The position numbers were made by a program, and so were the translations under genes. A DNA stretch of 64,000 nucleotides from Eledone cirrhosa (Eukaryota): assembly GCA_964016885.1 (NCBI GenBank), contig OZ024743.1, forward strand, positions 363,568,001 through 363,632,000, written 5' to 3'. Position 1 is the stretch's first letter, and each line of letters starts with the position of its first letter. Shown here piece after piece: positions 39,677 through 54,070 of this stretch. The notes beneath the pieces are model-generated. The model was not told where the DNA came from. It did not search any database and worked only from the letters and a program-made list of their open reading frames with translations.

Positions 39677-39774
39677 CAGCTATTCTTTGCTTAAACGTTA
39701 ATCTGTTATTTTAATAAATAAATAAATATATATATATATATATATATATAATGTATATAAACATATTAACATAT

Positions 39775-39882
<108 letters not shown>

Positions 39883-40434
39883 TAAAAGAATTGTTTCATT
39901 GATTTACAAACGTTTCTATCAATACAGAATCCATTAAACAATACAAATAACATATTTACCATCGAAATCAGACGTTTTTAATTCGAAAATGTACAAGTAT
40001 AAATTGCAGTTGGTAAGACGTTAAAACTTTATGTAAGACTAAACGTACAAATTAAAATTTATTAGTGATAAAATACAACGTGCGGTATCTAAACAATATT
40101 TACTTGACTCGTAAAATTTAATAATCGTATATTAGACTCTACAATAACATTATAGGAATACAACTAGAGCTCATAAACTCAATCCTACTTAGTAATTGAA
40201 GTAACAACAACATTAATAGAGTATATTAATAAAATAATAGCCTAAATAAACTTTATTAACAGCGTTGAAAGGAATATTTTTAGGATAACAATAATTAGTG
40301 TACAGTAAGTTAAATACATTAAACTACATATATACATATATGTACACATACATATAAATAAATACACATATACAATATATACAGTCATATATATATATAT
40401 ACATATTTAATTCTCTTTCTCTCTCCCTCGTTCC

Positions 40435-40574
<140 letters not shown>

Positions 40575-40695
40575 CGAAGGAAATGTGGTAAGGAACAAGG
40601 TGGACCATAACGCACCAAAGTACTTAATACTTAGGGTAGTAGAGAGAATTAGCCGTCGAAACGGCTTGAGCTCAGCGGTCGGGGTCATACTCGTT

Positions 40696-40739
<44 letters not shown>

Positions 40740-40965
40740 GAAAAACAACTAGTAACATGTTCTTACGCCGTATTTGACTAAATAAAATTAGTCTATTAGC
40801 TGGTATTTTAAAAACCACTCTGAATGGAAAAAAGGTTGAGCATTGACATGCATGGGACACGAACTCACATATTTGGTTTGCCTGACCAATGGTCAAACAT
40901 TTAAATTGTTAGTATGTTATTAGCTATTTTTCAAATCTTCGATTGGTGCTTTGTCTGTCCCCCCT

Positions 40966-41052
<87 letters not shown>

Positions 41053-41103
41053 TATGGAAGCTTAATTCAGTAATAATATTTCAATTACTAGGAGAATTAC
41101 ATA

Positions 41104-41163
<60 letters not shown>

Positions 41164-41172
41164 ATGTGTGTA

Positions 41173-41286
<114 letters not shown>

Positions 41287-41382
41287 TGTATATATGTATA
41301 CATGTATGCATGGATAGTAGTAGCTTTATATGTATATGTACATATAGATGTGTGTGTGTATATGCACATATACACGTATATG

Positions 41383-41492
<110 letters not shown>

Positions 41493-41700
41493 CAAATACA
41501 AACACGCATACATATATAAACAAATCTATACATACACACATAGTTACAAGTACACATATATACATGCACTAAATTACAGCTACTTACATAGATACCGATA
41601 CACATACTTATGTATATATATAGAGAAACTCAACGTGCATATAAATATCAAGCTATGAAATATAACATCAAATTAAATACAAAAGTTTAAGATGGATATT

Positions 41701-42907
41701 GGAATAAATATAAGATAGTTTAATCTATAGGCGGCAGGGTAAGAAGGATCTATGAGACGACTACTCGGGGAATAAATATAAGATAGTTTAATCTATAGGC
41801 GGCAGGGTAAGAAGGATCTATGAGACGACTACTCGGGGAATAAATATAAGATAGTTTAATCTATAGGCGGCAGGGTAAGAAGGATCTATGAGACGACTAC
41901 TCGGGGAATAAATATAAGATAGTTTAATCTATAGGCGGCAGGGTAAGAAGGATCTATGAGACGACTACTCGGGGAATAAATATAAGATAGTTTAATCTAT
42001 AGGCGGCAGGGTAAGAAGGATCTATGAGACGACTACTCGGGGAATAAATATAAGATAGTTTAATCTATAGGCAGGGTAAGAAGGATCTATGAGACGACTA
42101 CTCGGGGAATAAATATAAGATAGTTTAATCTATAGGCGGCAGGGTAAGAAGGATCTATGAGACGACTACTCGGGGAATAAATATAAGATAGTTTAATCTA
42201 TAGGCGGCAGGGTAAGAAGGATCTATGAGACGACTACTCGGGGAATAAATATAAGATAGTTTAATCTATAGGCGGCAGGGTAAGAAGGATCTATGAGACG
42301 ACTACTTGGGGAATAAATATAAGATAGTTTAATCTATAGGCGGCAGGGTAAGAAGGATCTATGAGACGACTACTCGGGGAATAAATATAAGATAGTTTAA
42401 TCTATAGGCAGGGTAAGAAGGATCTATGAGACGACTACTCGGGGAATAAATATAAGATAGTTTAATCTATAGGCAGGGTAAGAAGGATCTATGAGACGAC
42501 TACTCGGGGAATAAATATAAGATAGTTTAATCTATAGGCGGCAGGGTAAGAAGGATCTATGAGACGACTACTCGGGGAATAAATATAAGATAGTTTAATC
42601 TATAGGCGGCAGGGTAAGAAGGATCTATGAGACGACTACTCGGGGAATAAATATAAGATAGTTTAATCTATAGGCGGCAGGGTAAGAAGGATCTATGAGA
42701 CGACTACTCGGGGAATAAATATAAGATAGTTTAATCTATAGGCAGGGTAAGAAGGATCTATGAGACGACTACTCGGGGAATAAATATAAGATAGTTTAAT
42801 CTATAGGCAGGGTAAGAAGGATCTATGAGACGACTACTCGGGGAATAAATATAAGATAGTTTAATCTATAGGCAGGGTAAGAGGGATCTATGAGACGACT
42901 ACTCGGT
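41701..42907. repeat. Minisatellite of 18 tandem 68-bp or 65-bp units
   Basis: Unit GGAATAAATATAAGATAGTTTAATCTATAG[GCG]GCAGGGTAAGAAGGATCTATGAGACGACTACTCGG; six units lack 3 bp. Confidence 0.97.
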
Positions 42908-43221
42908 TCGTTAAGAGGAAGAAAAAATATTTAACCATAATTTAAACAGGTAAAATTAATAGGATTCAACTATTTTATAAAAGAATGAGTGACAGGTTCT
43001 ATGAAGGCAAGAAGGGAATATCTCATTCCTAAAGTGGAGAAGACTATGATATTTCCCGGCGCCGAAGACGCTTCGTCCCCGAGGACTCACCCTATCTTTG
43101 ACAACCAAAAATTTGAAAAAAAATAATAAACAGCCTCCAGGGCGCTTGGTAGATTTTTGAGACTTATTTTAGGAAAAAAGTAGCGTCTTCGACGCCGGGA
43201 AATGCGGTATTTTTAGAAGTT

Positions 43222-43318
43222 ATTAACTTTGCCTTTCATCTTTACGAGGTCGATAAAATAAAGTACCAGTAATACACTGATATAATTGCTGGCCTTATGC
43301 CAAAAGTAGAAACAATTA
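43222..43318 (+). mobile_element. 5'-truncated SINE of the 11598 family
   Basis: Core GCCTTTCATC...GGTCGATAAAATAAAGTACCAG and tail GTAGAAACAATT. Confidence 0.85.
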
Positions 43319-43550
43319 TTTGTAATGCCCCGTTCAAGCAAAGATTACATCTATTTCTACCCCTTCTATATGGTTTCCCCGAATATTATCAGTTTTAGAA
43401 ACCAAATTAGTTTAGCTAATTTAGTATTAATGCGCATAAAACCTAGTTTTAAAATGTGTGTCAGTTGCCCCTATGTAATTAAAAAGTTTATTAAAAGTTA
43501 AAACTTCACACTTATAAACTACATTACTTCTATGACAATCTCCTCTAATA
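43319..43550 (-). mobile_element. Penelope-like GIY-YIG endonuclease fragment
   Basis: GDCHRSNVVYKCEV...YIGATDTHFKTRFYAH...RCNLCL. Confidence 0.8.
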
Positions 43551-43583
43551 AATGTATGTATGTGTGTATGTATGTATGTATGT

Positions 43584-46500
43584 TCTGGTTTTATAATTTC
43601 ACAAATTTTTTTCCCAATAGAGAGAGAGTCGGTTTCTAACATAGACACAAGACTCTCTCATTGGAATTTAGACAACATCAACTAGGTAGATTATGCATGC
43701 ATGCATGTGTAGATATGGATCTTATTGTATGTGTGGATGTGTATGTTTTGAGTTGTATGTGTGCATGTGTATATGCTTTGTATCTGTACATGTGTATATG
43801 CAGTTATTAGATGCAAAATTTTTGGAATGTTTTACATATTTTTACTGTTCCATTAATGGATTGTACTTGTAATTTCCTAACTAGTTGTGTTCTTTCTGTT
43901 CCTGTGAAGGCTAGCTTCTCAAGATTTGTATTGAGGCAGTTACTAACATACCCCAGTGCCCCAATAATCACAGGCATAAATCTGAAGGTGGAGTATCTGC
44001 AGATTTCTCATCAGTTCTGCATAAATATTCTCATTTTCGCTAATTTTTGATATTATATTGGCATCTGCTGGACAGCTAACTTCCACTACTGTTCATGACT
44101 TCTCCCTGTCCCATATCATAATATCTGGCCTATTATGCCTGCATTTTATTGGTGCTTTTACTGGAAGATTCCACCAGTACTCTTTCATATTATGTACCTG
44201 GATGTCTTCCACATTGCTGTAGCTTTTAATGTTTATTATCGGGGCTATCTTTTTTACGGACCGCATTGTACAGTGTTTTGTCCACTACATCATGCCTCAT
44301 GGCTGGATAGTACCACGAAGATATCTTTGGACAGCTGCTGATGACATGGGTGATATCCTCGATGTTAGTTCTGCAGAGTCTGCACTTGTTATCACATCTA
44401 GGTGTTTTGCCTGCATCCACATCTCTTTTGTGAATCAGGTATTTCGTGTTAATTTCCTGTTCTTGGATTGCAAAAGTGTATCCTACAAAGTGGGAGCCAA
44501 TATAGCGGTTGTTGGTCCAAGATAGACTACTTTCCTTATCTATATTACTCTTACTCTGGAGCTTCCTGGCAACATATCCATGCATGATTTTTTGCTGATA
44601 AGCATGCAGTTTTTCATCCATGGATTCACTGCGATACTGCTGAGCGACTTCCCTGGGTGTGAGTTTTTGATTATCACACAGGGAATATCTCTCGAGGAGT
44701 TCCTTCCCAACTCTCATGATCTTATCTGTTTCATGCAGATAGACTTGCTCGAGAGACGGGCTCCTGGGCTTCGAGGTTCGTAGATGTTGTCGGAGGGATA
44801 TGATGCGACATTCAAATACTGCCTGGACTGATGTTAGGCCTCTGCCTCCCTGCTTACGTTTCAAGTAAAGGCGGTCTATGTCACTGTTGATATAGAAGTT
44901 TCCGGTGTTGTTTAGTATTTTTCGAGTTCCAACATCAACTGCTCGCATTTCGTCTATCATCCAACTGAGTATTCCAAACGTTGGTGTTAGGACAGTTACA
45001 GCAAACACATTGTGAGCCACTTTTGTTTTGCGCGGAGAATTCCGATGACCAAATCTTTCTTAATCGGGTGTAGTATTCCCTGGTTACGAGTTTCTTATTA
45101 CTGATACCATTATAGGATATGTTCTCATCTATCCCCAGGTATCTGTAGCAGTCCTCATCAGATATCAGTGAAACATTTAGGCCATTGATGAGAATGTTGC
45201 TAAATTGGGTTGTTGTCTTTCCCCGCTCTACAGTCATGTATGAGCATTTATCTTGGCCAAACTCCATTCCTATATACTTTGAGAACATCATAACCAGGTC
45301 AAGATTTTTCTTCATCCCATCCATGTTCTTGGTATAGAGTTTCAGATCGTCCACAAAGAAATTATGGGTTAGGTTCGTATTTCTGTCCTCCTGTGAGCCA
45401 ATGATGTATCCTTCACATTTCTTGAGCAGAAAGGACAAGGGGTTTAATGACAAGATGAATAACATCACAGAGAGACTGTCTCCCTGAAATATACTCCTGC
45501 GATATTTTATTTTATCAGTGAAAATAGAGTCCTCTCTCTTTGTCTTTAACCTTAGGATAGTAGCCCAAGAAGAAGACAGCCTCTCTATGGCTCTGACAAT
45601 AATGTCTGGGAATTTAGTAAGTTGGAGGGCCTCTATCATCCAAGAGTGGGGAACAGAATCGAAAGCTTTCTTGTAGTCCAGCCAGACTGTAGTCATATTC
45701 CTCCTAAGTTGTCGCACCTCCGACATCGCAGGTTTGTTGATTAGGAGTTGTTCAGCACATCCCCAAACCCCTTTCTTTCCAGCTGCTTGTTCATCTGTGA
45801 TGATGTTATTATTTTCACAGTGATCTTGGAGGAATAGGTTCAGGCAGGCTGTATACATCTTATACACCAGGTTCTGGCATGCAACGGGTGGGTAGTTTTT
45901 TTTACCAAGTGGGTGTCTTTGTGCTTGGGGACCAGTAATGTTTGTACTAATGTCAACCATTCTGGTATAAGTGTATCTCCCTTAAGAACTTGTTGGTAGA
46001 GGTCAGTAAGATACTTCCGATAGAATATCAGTTTTTTGTACAATCATGTCTTTTCCTGGTGTTTTCTTATCTTGGAGATCTTGGAGTTTTCCTATCACAG
46101 TCTCAAGGGTACCCTCACTTATTTCGTATGTTTTTGTTGTAGTGTAGGAGCAATAGTTCTTTCGGATTTCTCTTAGCCACACCGCATCTTGGTTGAAATT
46201 CTTCTTTTCACCCCATATTTTGCTCCAACAAGAATATGTCTTTCTGGGATGGGGCCTCAGTGACACTTATTTTGTTCTTCATATCTCTATAGACTGATGT
46301 TTGGTTTCGTCTGAATCTTTTATTAAGCACTTTTCTCTCATCTACCTTCTTCAGGTATCGGCGTTTTTCTCTAATAGCTCCCTCAAAATCTTGTTTGAGG
46401 GTGATGAGCTTATATTGAAGAGTTCTGGTTCTACTGTTACCAAACATCGTCTCTTTTATTTTTCACTCTTTGTTGGTGAGGAGTGAGGTTTTTTTGTGTT

Positions 46501-47595
46501 TGTTTGCATGTAAGGAGCATTGTCACATATCCTTTGGTTCTTCGTTGGTCAGCAATCTTTTTTTCTATTTTAGTTATATATGATGGTATTTTTGGTGGTG
46601 TTTTGTTTTTGGTAATATCTCTGCTATCACCAAGATAATGCTTCACTGCCGTTGCTAAGGCATATAAACAGGCGTTGATTTGCCAAAATGTTGGAAATTT
46701 TATCTGTCGTAAATATTCATCCCCTATTTCGTCAATAACGTAATATTTCATTATTGGTTTTTTATTAAACATAGTCGTTTTAATACGTTCAGCAAAAGAG
46801 ATATTTATACATGAATTAATTTTTCTCTGGAAGATTTCGTTGAGAGAAATTTTCAATTGTTTATACTTTTGATTATTATCATTATCGATAGTATTTTCCA
46901 CAACAGTTGAGGTAGACTCGGATGGTACACGTGATGTCAAATTTCTTCGATTATTATTATTATTTCTTCGATTATTATTATTATTATTTCTTCGATTATT
47001 ATTATTATCGATAGTGTTTCCCCCAGCATTCGAGGTAGACTTAGATAGTACAGGTGGTGTCAAGTTTCTTACAGGCATAGTTTTTTCAATGCGCTGTTCG
47101 ACCTAGCTGCTAGGAAGTCTAGTAGCATGGCGACCTGTAGCACGTGTTGTTGATCCCATGTTTGTTGTAGGGGACTTACAATTAATAATATTTATCTTAT
47201 TTTTACGTTTAACAAACATCACTTATTTGGCGTAATTGTTTCACTTTGCAATAATTTAGCTCTGGGTGCATTTCGTCCCAGTGTAGCTTCATTCTGTTCA
47301 TATAGCCAATGGAGGGATTGTTTACCTTTCTTGTTGGTTGTCTTCGATACTTCCTTAATTTTGTTGTTGATGTTGTGTTCAGCGATGCTGTTTGTAGCAA
47401 ATCCTTGTAAAATGAATTATGTATTTAGTCGGATATCTCTACGAATTCGAATAAAAGGTGTCTTCAGAAGATATAGTTAGAAGAATAACCAGTTATTCAA
47501 CATGACTGTAGTTGTGGCATTACTGTCGGAGATAGTATTCATCTTAAATTTAATAAATAGTCTCCCACGCCAAAATATGCGATTGATCGCGTTGA
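43584..47595 (-). mobile_element. R4/Dong-like non-LTR retrotransposon (RT + CCHC + restriction-like endonuclease), near full length, frameshifted
   Basis: WLDYKKAFDSVPH, IFQGDSLS, FFVDDLKLY, CRLC...EDITHVISSC, RHD, HNRPDI...VEVSCP; (CATA)n at both ends. Confidence 0.88.
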
Positions 47596-47614
47596 CTGTA
47601 TATGTATGTATGTA

Positions 47615-49225
47615 TGTAAGTTCCTTGCTTTAGTTAGGTCTTTCCATAACGACATAAAGGCTTGGGTTAATGTCAGAGGTAACATGTCGGAGCCTATCTC
47701 TGTAACAAATGGAGAGAAACAGGGGGATATTCCAGCACCGACCCTGTTTGCCATATACTTTGCAATGGTTTTCTATATTGTATTCAGGAATTGCGAGCAT
47801 GGTGTTTACATCCGATATCGAACCTCAGGCAGCATATTTAACATCAGGCGCTTTGCTGCAAAAACAAAAGTATTTACATCAATTATAAGAGACCTCTTGT
47901 ATGCAGATGATTGCGATCTTGTAGCGCACACAGAGAGTGATATCCAGCACATTTTGAATGCATTTTCTGTTGCTTGCACTGCCCTAGGATTGACTGTCAG
48001 TCTCAAGAGAGCCGTCGTCATGTACCAACCTGCCCCTGGTAAGCAGTACACTGAACCAAACATCTATGTGTATGGTAAACGACTTGGAGTGGTTGATCAG
48101 TTTGTCTACCTGGGAAGCACTGTCAATCGATACAGCAACCTTGACAGTGAAATCCCACTCAGGATTAGGAAAGCAAGTGATGCTTTCGGAAAGCTAGAAA
48201 GGCGACTCTGGGGTAGGCGAGACTTATGCAAGAAGACAAAGGTAAAGGTGTACATGGCATGTGTGCTCTCTTCTCTTCATTATTTCTGCGAGACCTGGGT
48301 CACATATCGACACCACCTTAAGCAATTGGAGCGTTTCCATCAGATGTGCCTCAGACGGATCCATGGCGTTCACTGGAGGGACCACATCAGTGATGTCGAG
48401 ATTTTGGAAAGCTCTATGTGTGACGGTATAGAAGCTCTTGTGCTTAAGCAAGGACACCGTTGGAGTGGTCACCTTGCCAGGATGAAGGATTCTAGAATAC
48501 CAAAACAACTCTTTTATGGAGAGTTAATTAAAGGAAAACGACCGCCACATAAACCAAAAAAGAGGTATAAGGATTCTTTGAAAGCCTCTTTGAAAGACGC
48601 TAACATCTCTGCTGATACATGGGAAAATGTTGCTGCTGATCGTAATAAATGGAGAAAGACTGTATATGAGTGAAAAGTTGCGTTTGAGGCATCTCGAATC
48701 GCATACGAGAAAGTAAAGCGGGGTGTGAGGATGGGCATTGCTGTTGCACTTCCAGACGGCGAAGGTCCTCCTATGGTGCTGACATGCAGCGTCTGTGCGA
48801 GACTCTACCTAAGCAAAGTTGGACTCGAAAGTCATCTTCGCAGTCATAAAGTAAGACCAGTGGTTGACTACCAGGCTGCTGTTGGAGATGCTACTCATCA
48901 TGCTTGCCAAGCATGTGGTAGATCATGTAAATCAGCAGAAGGGCGCAAACAACATGCAAAAGTATATGAACTCCAACCACAAACGGCTATTCCCAGTGAA
49001 TGTTTTGGTTGCCGACTCTGTGCAAGACATTTTAGATCATTGGTTGGGCTAAAAAGCCATATTCGATCGCAGCGCTGTTAATTGCTATCGTGTGTGTGTG
49101 TGTATAGATATGTTTGTGTGTGTGCGTGTGTGTATATATATATGTATATTATTATTGTTATTATGTTTTTTTTGTTTTGATTTTCGTGCAATGGCCATAC
49201 TCGACAACGAGGGAGCAGCCATCAT
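47615..49225 (+). mobile_element. 5'-truncated RTE (BovB-like) LINE with three C-terminal C2H2 zinc fingers and a (TATG)n tail
   Basis: KQGDIPAPTLF, LLYADD, YLGS, CETW, RIPKQLFYGEL; one in-frame TGA at 48671; 3' hairpin CTCGACAACGAG. Confidence 0.92.
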
Positions 49226-50151
49226 GTGTGTATGTATGTATGTATGTATGTATGTATGTATGTATGTATGTATGTATGTATGTATGTATGTATGTATGTA
49301 TCATCATGTATGTATGTATACATACATACGTCGATACTATTTTAATATTTCACATAAAGAGTAGCTTTATCAAACATGAAATATATGTCGGTTCGTTTTA
49401 CTGAACAATTCGTCTTGAGTAGCATTCAATAAATTATATCATTAGAGCTATTGATATAAATAGAAATGTTAAATTGTATCTTTTGTTTCAACCGAGCAGT
49501 AGTTTAAAGGTCGGTGAAAAAACAACAATCGTTCTACAGAATTCACACGTCAAACATTATTTTCAGTAGCGAGTGGTTTTCTGCTAGCATGTGAAGTGTG
49601 TATATAGATATTATACGCAGGTATATATACATGTAGATATGATACATCAAATAAAATCGTAATTGACAATAAACATAGAAATTGAACGAAGACTGCGTTA
49701 CACTCTCTTATGTAATCAGTAACGTAATCCATGATACATTAAAAAAAAGACGATATTATATATAAACTGCATTAGGAGAAAATTAGTGATGGAAAATTAG
49801 TATGTTTATTTAAGCGATGGCCACCGGAAGTGTTGACATTTCAGAAATTTTAAAGAAGTGAATCTTTAAATAAATAAAATATATTTAATGAACAGCCACG
49901 AAATTTAGTAGATAAATTATGTAATATTCATTCATTATTTATTCAAAGTAATCCAACTTTTTTTACAAACGGGCTAAAAAATGATAAACCGTACGCAATC
50001 CCGCAGACCTTCCTTTATTATAGTTTAGATCATCATATTGTTTCTGGCTTGATTAGGTATAAATTTTCTCTGTTAAGGGACATAAGTAATAAATTGTGGT
50101 GGTATAATAAATACAACAGACGTAGAGAGAAAATATATAAATATGTAATGA

Positions 50152-50370
50152 TGGCGGTGGATTGGCAGTATCGGTAGAGAGTCGGACACCATGCTCTTCA
50201 GCAAAGAGTTACGGCCCTTTATGATCTGATTTCAAATCCCGCCGAAGTTAACTTTGCGTTTCATCCTCACGGGGTCGATAAAATAAAGTACCAGTCCGCA
50301 CTGGGGTCGATTTAATCGACTTTCCCCTCCCCTAAAATCACTGGCCTTGTGCCTATATAAGAAACCAATA
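50152..50370 (+). mobile_element. Full-length tRNA-derived SINE, longer subfamily
   Basis: Head GGCGGTGGATTGGCAGTATCGG, B box, conserved core, extra GGGGTCGATTTAATCGAC segment; possible TSD ATATATAAATATGTAAT. Confidence 0.88.
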
Positions 50371-50380
50371 TATAAATATG

Positions 50381-50418
<38 letters not shown>

Positions 50419-50454
50419 AATAGAATGAAACGAAATTTCATTTGTCACTCTTAG

Positions 50455-50480
<26 letters not shown>

Positions 50481-50486
<6 letters not shown>

Positions 50487-51223
50487 TAAAAGGAATTCCA
50501 ACTTTGTCTGATTTACTCGTTTTATTTACAATCCTTTAACATTATAATACGTCCCTTTACGGACTGAGTTCAAAACCCGCCGAGGTTAACTTTGCCTTTC
50601 ATCCTTAAGGGGTCGATAAAATAAAGTACCAGTAATACACTGGGATAATTGCTGGCCTTGTGCCAAAAGTAGAAACAATTATAATATTATAATGAAATAG
50701 TATGGAAGAATATTAAATGTTAAGTGTTAATTGAACACAGAGCTCTGTTTCGTACTTTATCTCCCCTGTTTGCTGAAAATTTAAATAAGCGACATAGTCA
50801 CTACTTTAAAACAATAGTGTAAGGTCTTCAAAATGCCTTTAATTAAGCATACAGTGTATTGCAAAATACACTATATATACATTCATATATATATATCGCT
50901 ATTTCAGAGCACCAATTCTAATTTTCAATTTCTGCTTGACCGGCGATATTAATCAGTTCCTGGTTAATACTGGAATTCTGTAAGAATCCAACACATAATT
51001 TTCAGCAAGCAGGAGGGGTAGTGAACTTTGATAAGTACCAAAAAGTACGAAACAGAGCTCTGTGTTCAATTAACACTTAACATTTAATATTCTACCATAC
51101 TATTTCATTATAATATCATTATAATTTTAAAGAATTGTAAATAAAACGAGTAAATCAGACAAAGCTGGAATTCCTTTTATTAATATAATCTTCTATACAC
51201 AATCATACACACCCGTGTATATT
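50481..51223. mobile_element. Fold-back element with the same arms as 19976-20418 but a different interior and a U3-A8 HHR; SINE inserted in the left arm (50550-50680)
   Basis: Arm TATTAATAAAAGGAATTCCA...TTGAACACAGAGCTCTGTTTCGTACTTT and its reverse complement; TTGATAA-GTAC-caaaaa-GTAC-GAAA-CAGAGCTCTG-T at 51028-51063. Confidence 0.85.
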
Positions 51224-51276
51224 TGTTTATATATATATATATATGTGTGTGTGTCTGTGTATATATATATATATGC

Positions 51277-51370
<94 letters not shown>

Positions 51371-51408
51371 ATATATATATATAAATATATATATATGCGT
51401 ATATATAC

Positions 51409-51503
<95 letters not shown>

Positions 51504-51808
51504 TATATATATACATATGTATACATACACACGCAAATATCGAATTAAAGTGTAAATATAAAAAAGCCCGGCCGTTTTGATTTGAGGGCGAAAATAATGT
51601 CATGTCTGAGAAAAGAAGTAATAATCTTGTTATTATTCTTATTATTTATAAATTTGTTCTGGTAATGAGAGGAGACGAACAGAAATAGCGACAGAAGAAA
51701 TATTGCGAGTGTAATATTAGTTTATTTTCTCTTTCTTTGCTATTGTTCTATATTACTTTTTATTTTATTTTGTTTTTATTTTGCACAACGTTCAAGCGTG
51801 GTAGACTG

Positions 51809-51906
51809 GCGACACCTAGTGGCGAGAACAAGCCATAATAGGATCATCGTCAAATAGAATCTATTGAAATTAATGTAGCGGGTGTTAATATCTCGCCAGG
51901 GGGTAG
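51809..51906. promoter_or_regulatory. Two divergent CTCF-like motifs in unique sequence about 14 kb upstream of Evx
   Basis: Minus strand CCACTAGGTGTCGC (51809-51822) and plus strand TCGCCAGGGGGTAG (51893-51906), compared with consensus CCASYAGRKGGCRS. Confidence 0.4.
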
Positions 51907-52173
51907 ACGCCTGCTAGGAAACGAGCCAGGAAATACAAATTCGACATCTAGTTCCGAGTAATTGACACAATAACACTGGCAGAAGCAATATACACGTGTG
52001 TATACAGACACACAAGCGATCAAACACACACTCACGCGCACACACACATACACCATATATGCATATATGAATTACAGATATATGTATACAAAGATATAGA
52101 TATCAATACATGCAAATAGTTGCGTGAAATATATATGTATGTGTGTGTATATATATATGTGTGTGTATGTAAA

Positions 52174-52255
<82 letters not shown>

Positions 52256-52422
52256 GAGAGAGAGAGATAAATTGATAGATAGATAGATAGCTAGATAGAT
52301 AGATAGATAGATAGATAGATATATAGATAGATAGATAGATAGATAGACATATATACATATGTACATATATATATATATGTATATAAATATATATATACAT
52401 TTGTTCATACATACATACATAT

Positions 52423-52668
52423 ATGGTGGCTGCCAACTCGTTTTCGAGTACGGCCACTACTTTATATCCATGTAGGAGAACCCCTACCGATGCGCTGAAC
52501 GAGTGTGACTTTTTAGTCCAGCCAGCGACTTGAAAACTCTGGTACAGACACTACACTTGGGACAAATATTGACACATAGTGCTGGGTCCATGGTACCATG
52601 TGACGACAAGTGCAGAGAGATCTCCAGATATAAAGCAATGCCTATGCCGTGAAACTTTTATAGTGAGC
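52423..52668 (-). mobile_element. 3' fragment of the RTE derivative, between (CATA)n tracts
   Basis: Near-identical to 37702-37930; 3' end GGCCGTACTCGAAAACGAGTTGGCAGCCACCAT. Confidence 0.75.
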
Positions 52669-52954
52669 ATATATACATACATACATACATACATACATAC
52701 ATACATACATACATACATACATACATACATACATACATACATACATACATACGAGAGATACGGAGTTCGAGACCCCGCAGGCGCCTCTGTTCAATCTTTC
52801 CCGTCTCCAAGCGCATTTTATCCGATTTTCTCAGATATTATTAAGTTCAAATCCCGCCGAGTCTAACTTTGCACTGGCCTTGTGCCAAAATTAGAAACAA
52901 TTATTTTCCAGATTTACGTTATAATGACCACATTTCAAATTACACACACACACG

Positions 52955-53080
<126 letters not shown>

Positions 53081-53901
53081 TGTATCAACACATATTTGCG
53101 TCTATTTTTCTATCATATATCTCCCTATATGTGTGTGTGTGTGTGTGTGTGCGTGTGTGTGTGTGTTTTTGTGCGCGCATATGTGTGTGTGTGTGTGTAT
53201 GTGTGTGCATGTGTGTGTTGTGTATGTGCATTTGCGTGTGTGTATGTGTTGGAAAATTTCTGTTTCAGTTTTCTACCCTTGGTATCGACCCATTTAGCCA
53301 TTCCCTGTGTTCGTGTGTCCGAAGTGTGAGCTAGGTCACAAATAGATCATCGTCTGAGTATGAATATATTATAACCAACGTTATATAAATAGATGGTGCA
53401 CTTTCATTAGCTGTTTGCCTGAATTTCCTTTATCAACATGGATATTACCTCCTTTATCTTATGCATATGAGAGAATCGTGTGAGCAATGCTTTTTTATTT
53501 TTTATTTTTTTCAAGTTGTTACATATAACTAATAATTTATAACGATATATATATATATATATATTTTTTATATAGTTAATGTTCAATAATTTCTGCAGCT
53601 TTAAATCTGTAGACAGTTCCGTTTCAGCATATTTCACATCTTCAGTGAAAACTGGAATGTCATAGCGTTAAATCAGTTCAGGCAAAGCATAAAGGGAATT
53701 AAAAAAGGTTTTGTGCTTCTTCGTTCAGGGGAAGGGAGAGAGAGAGAGAGGGGGGGGTACACAGATGCATTTATTTTAGCATAAAATATGAGCTATTGCA
53801 ATTTTAGCCGTCCCAGTCTGTTTGTGATGAAGAAACTAACGCTCACACACACGCACAAATAAATATATATATAAGTGCAATGGACAGCAGAACGGGTAGC
53901 A

Positions 53902-54070
<169 letters not shown>

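Noticed and set aside
41701-42907. CRISPR-like array
   Set aside because: No unique spacers, no cas genes, eukaryotic context; it is a plain tandem repeat.
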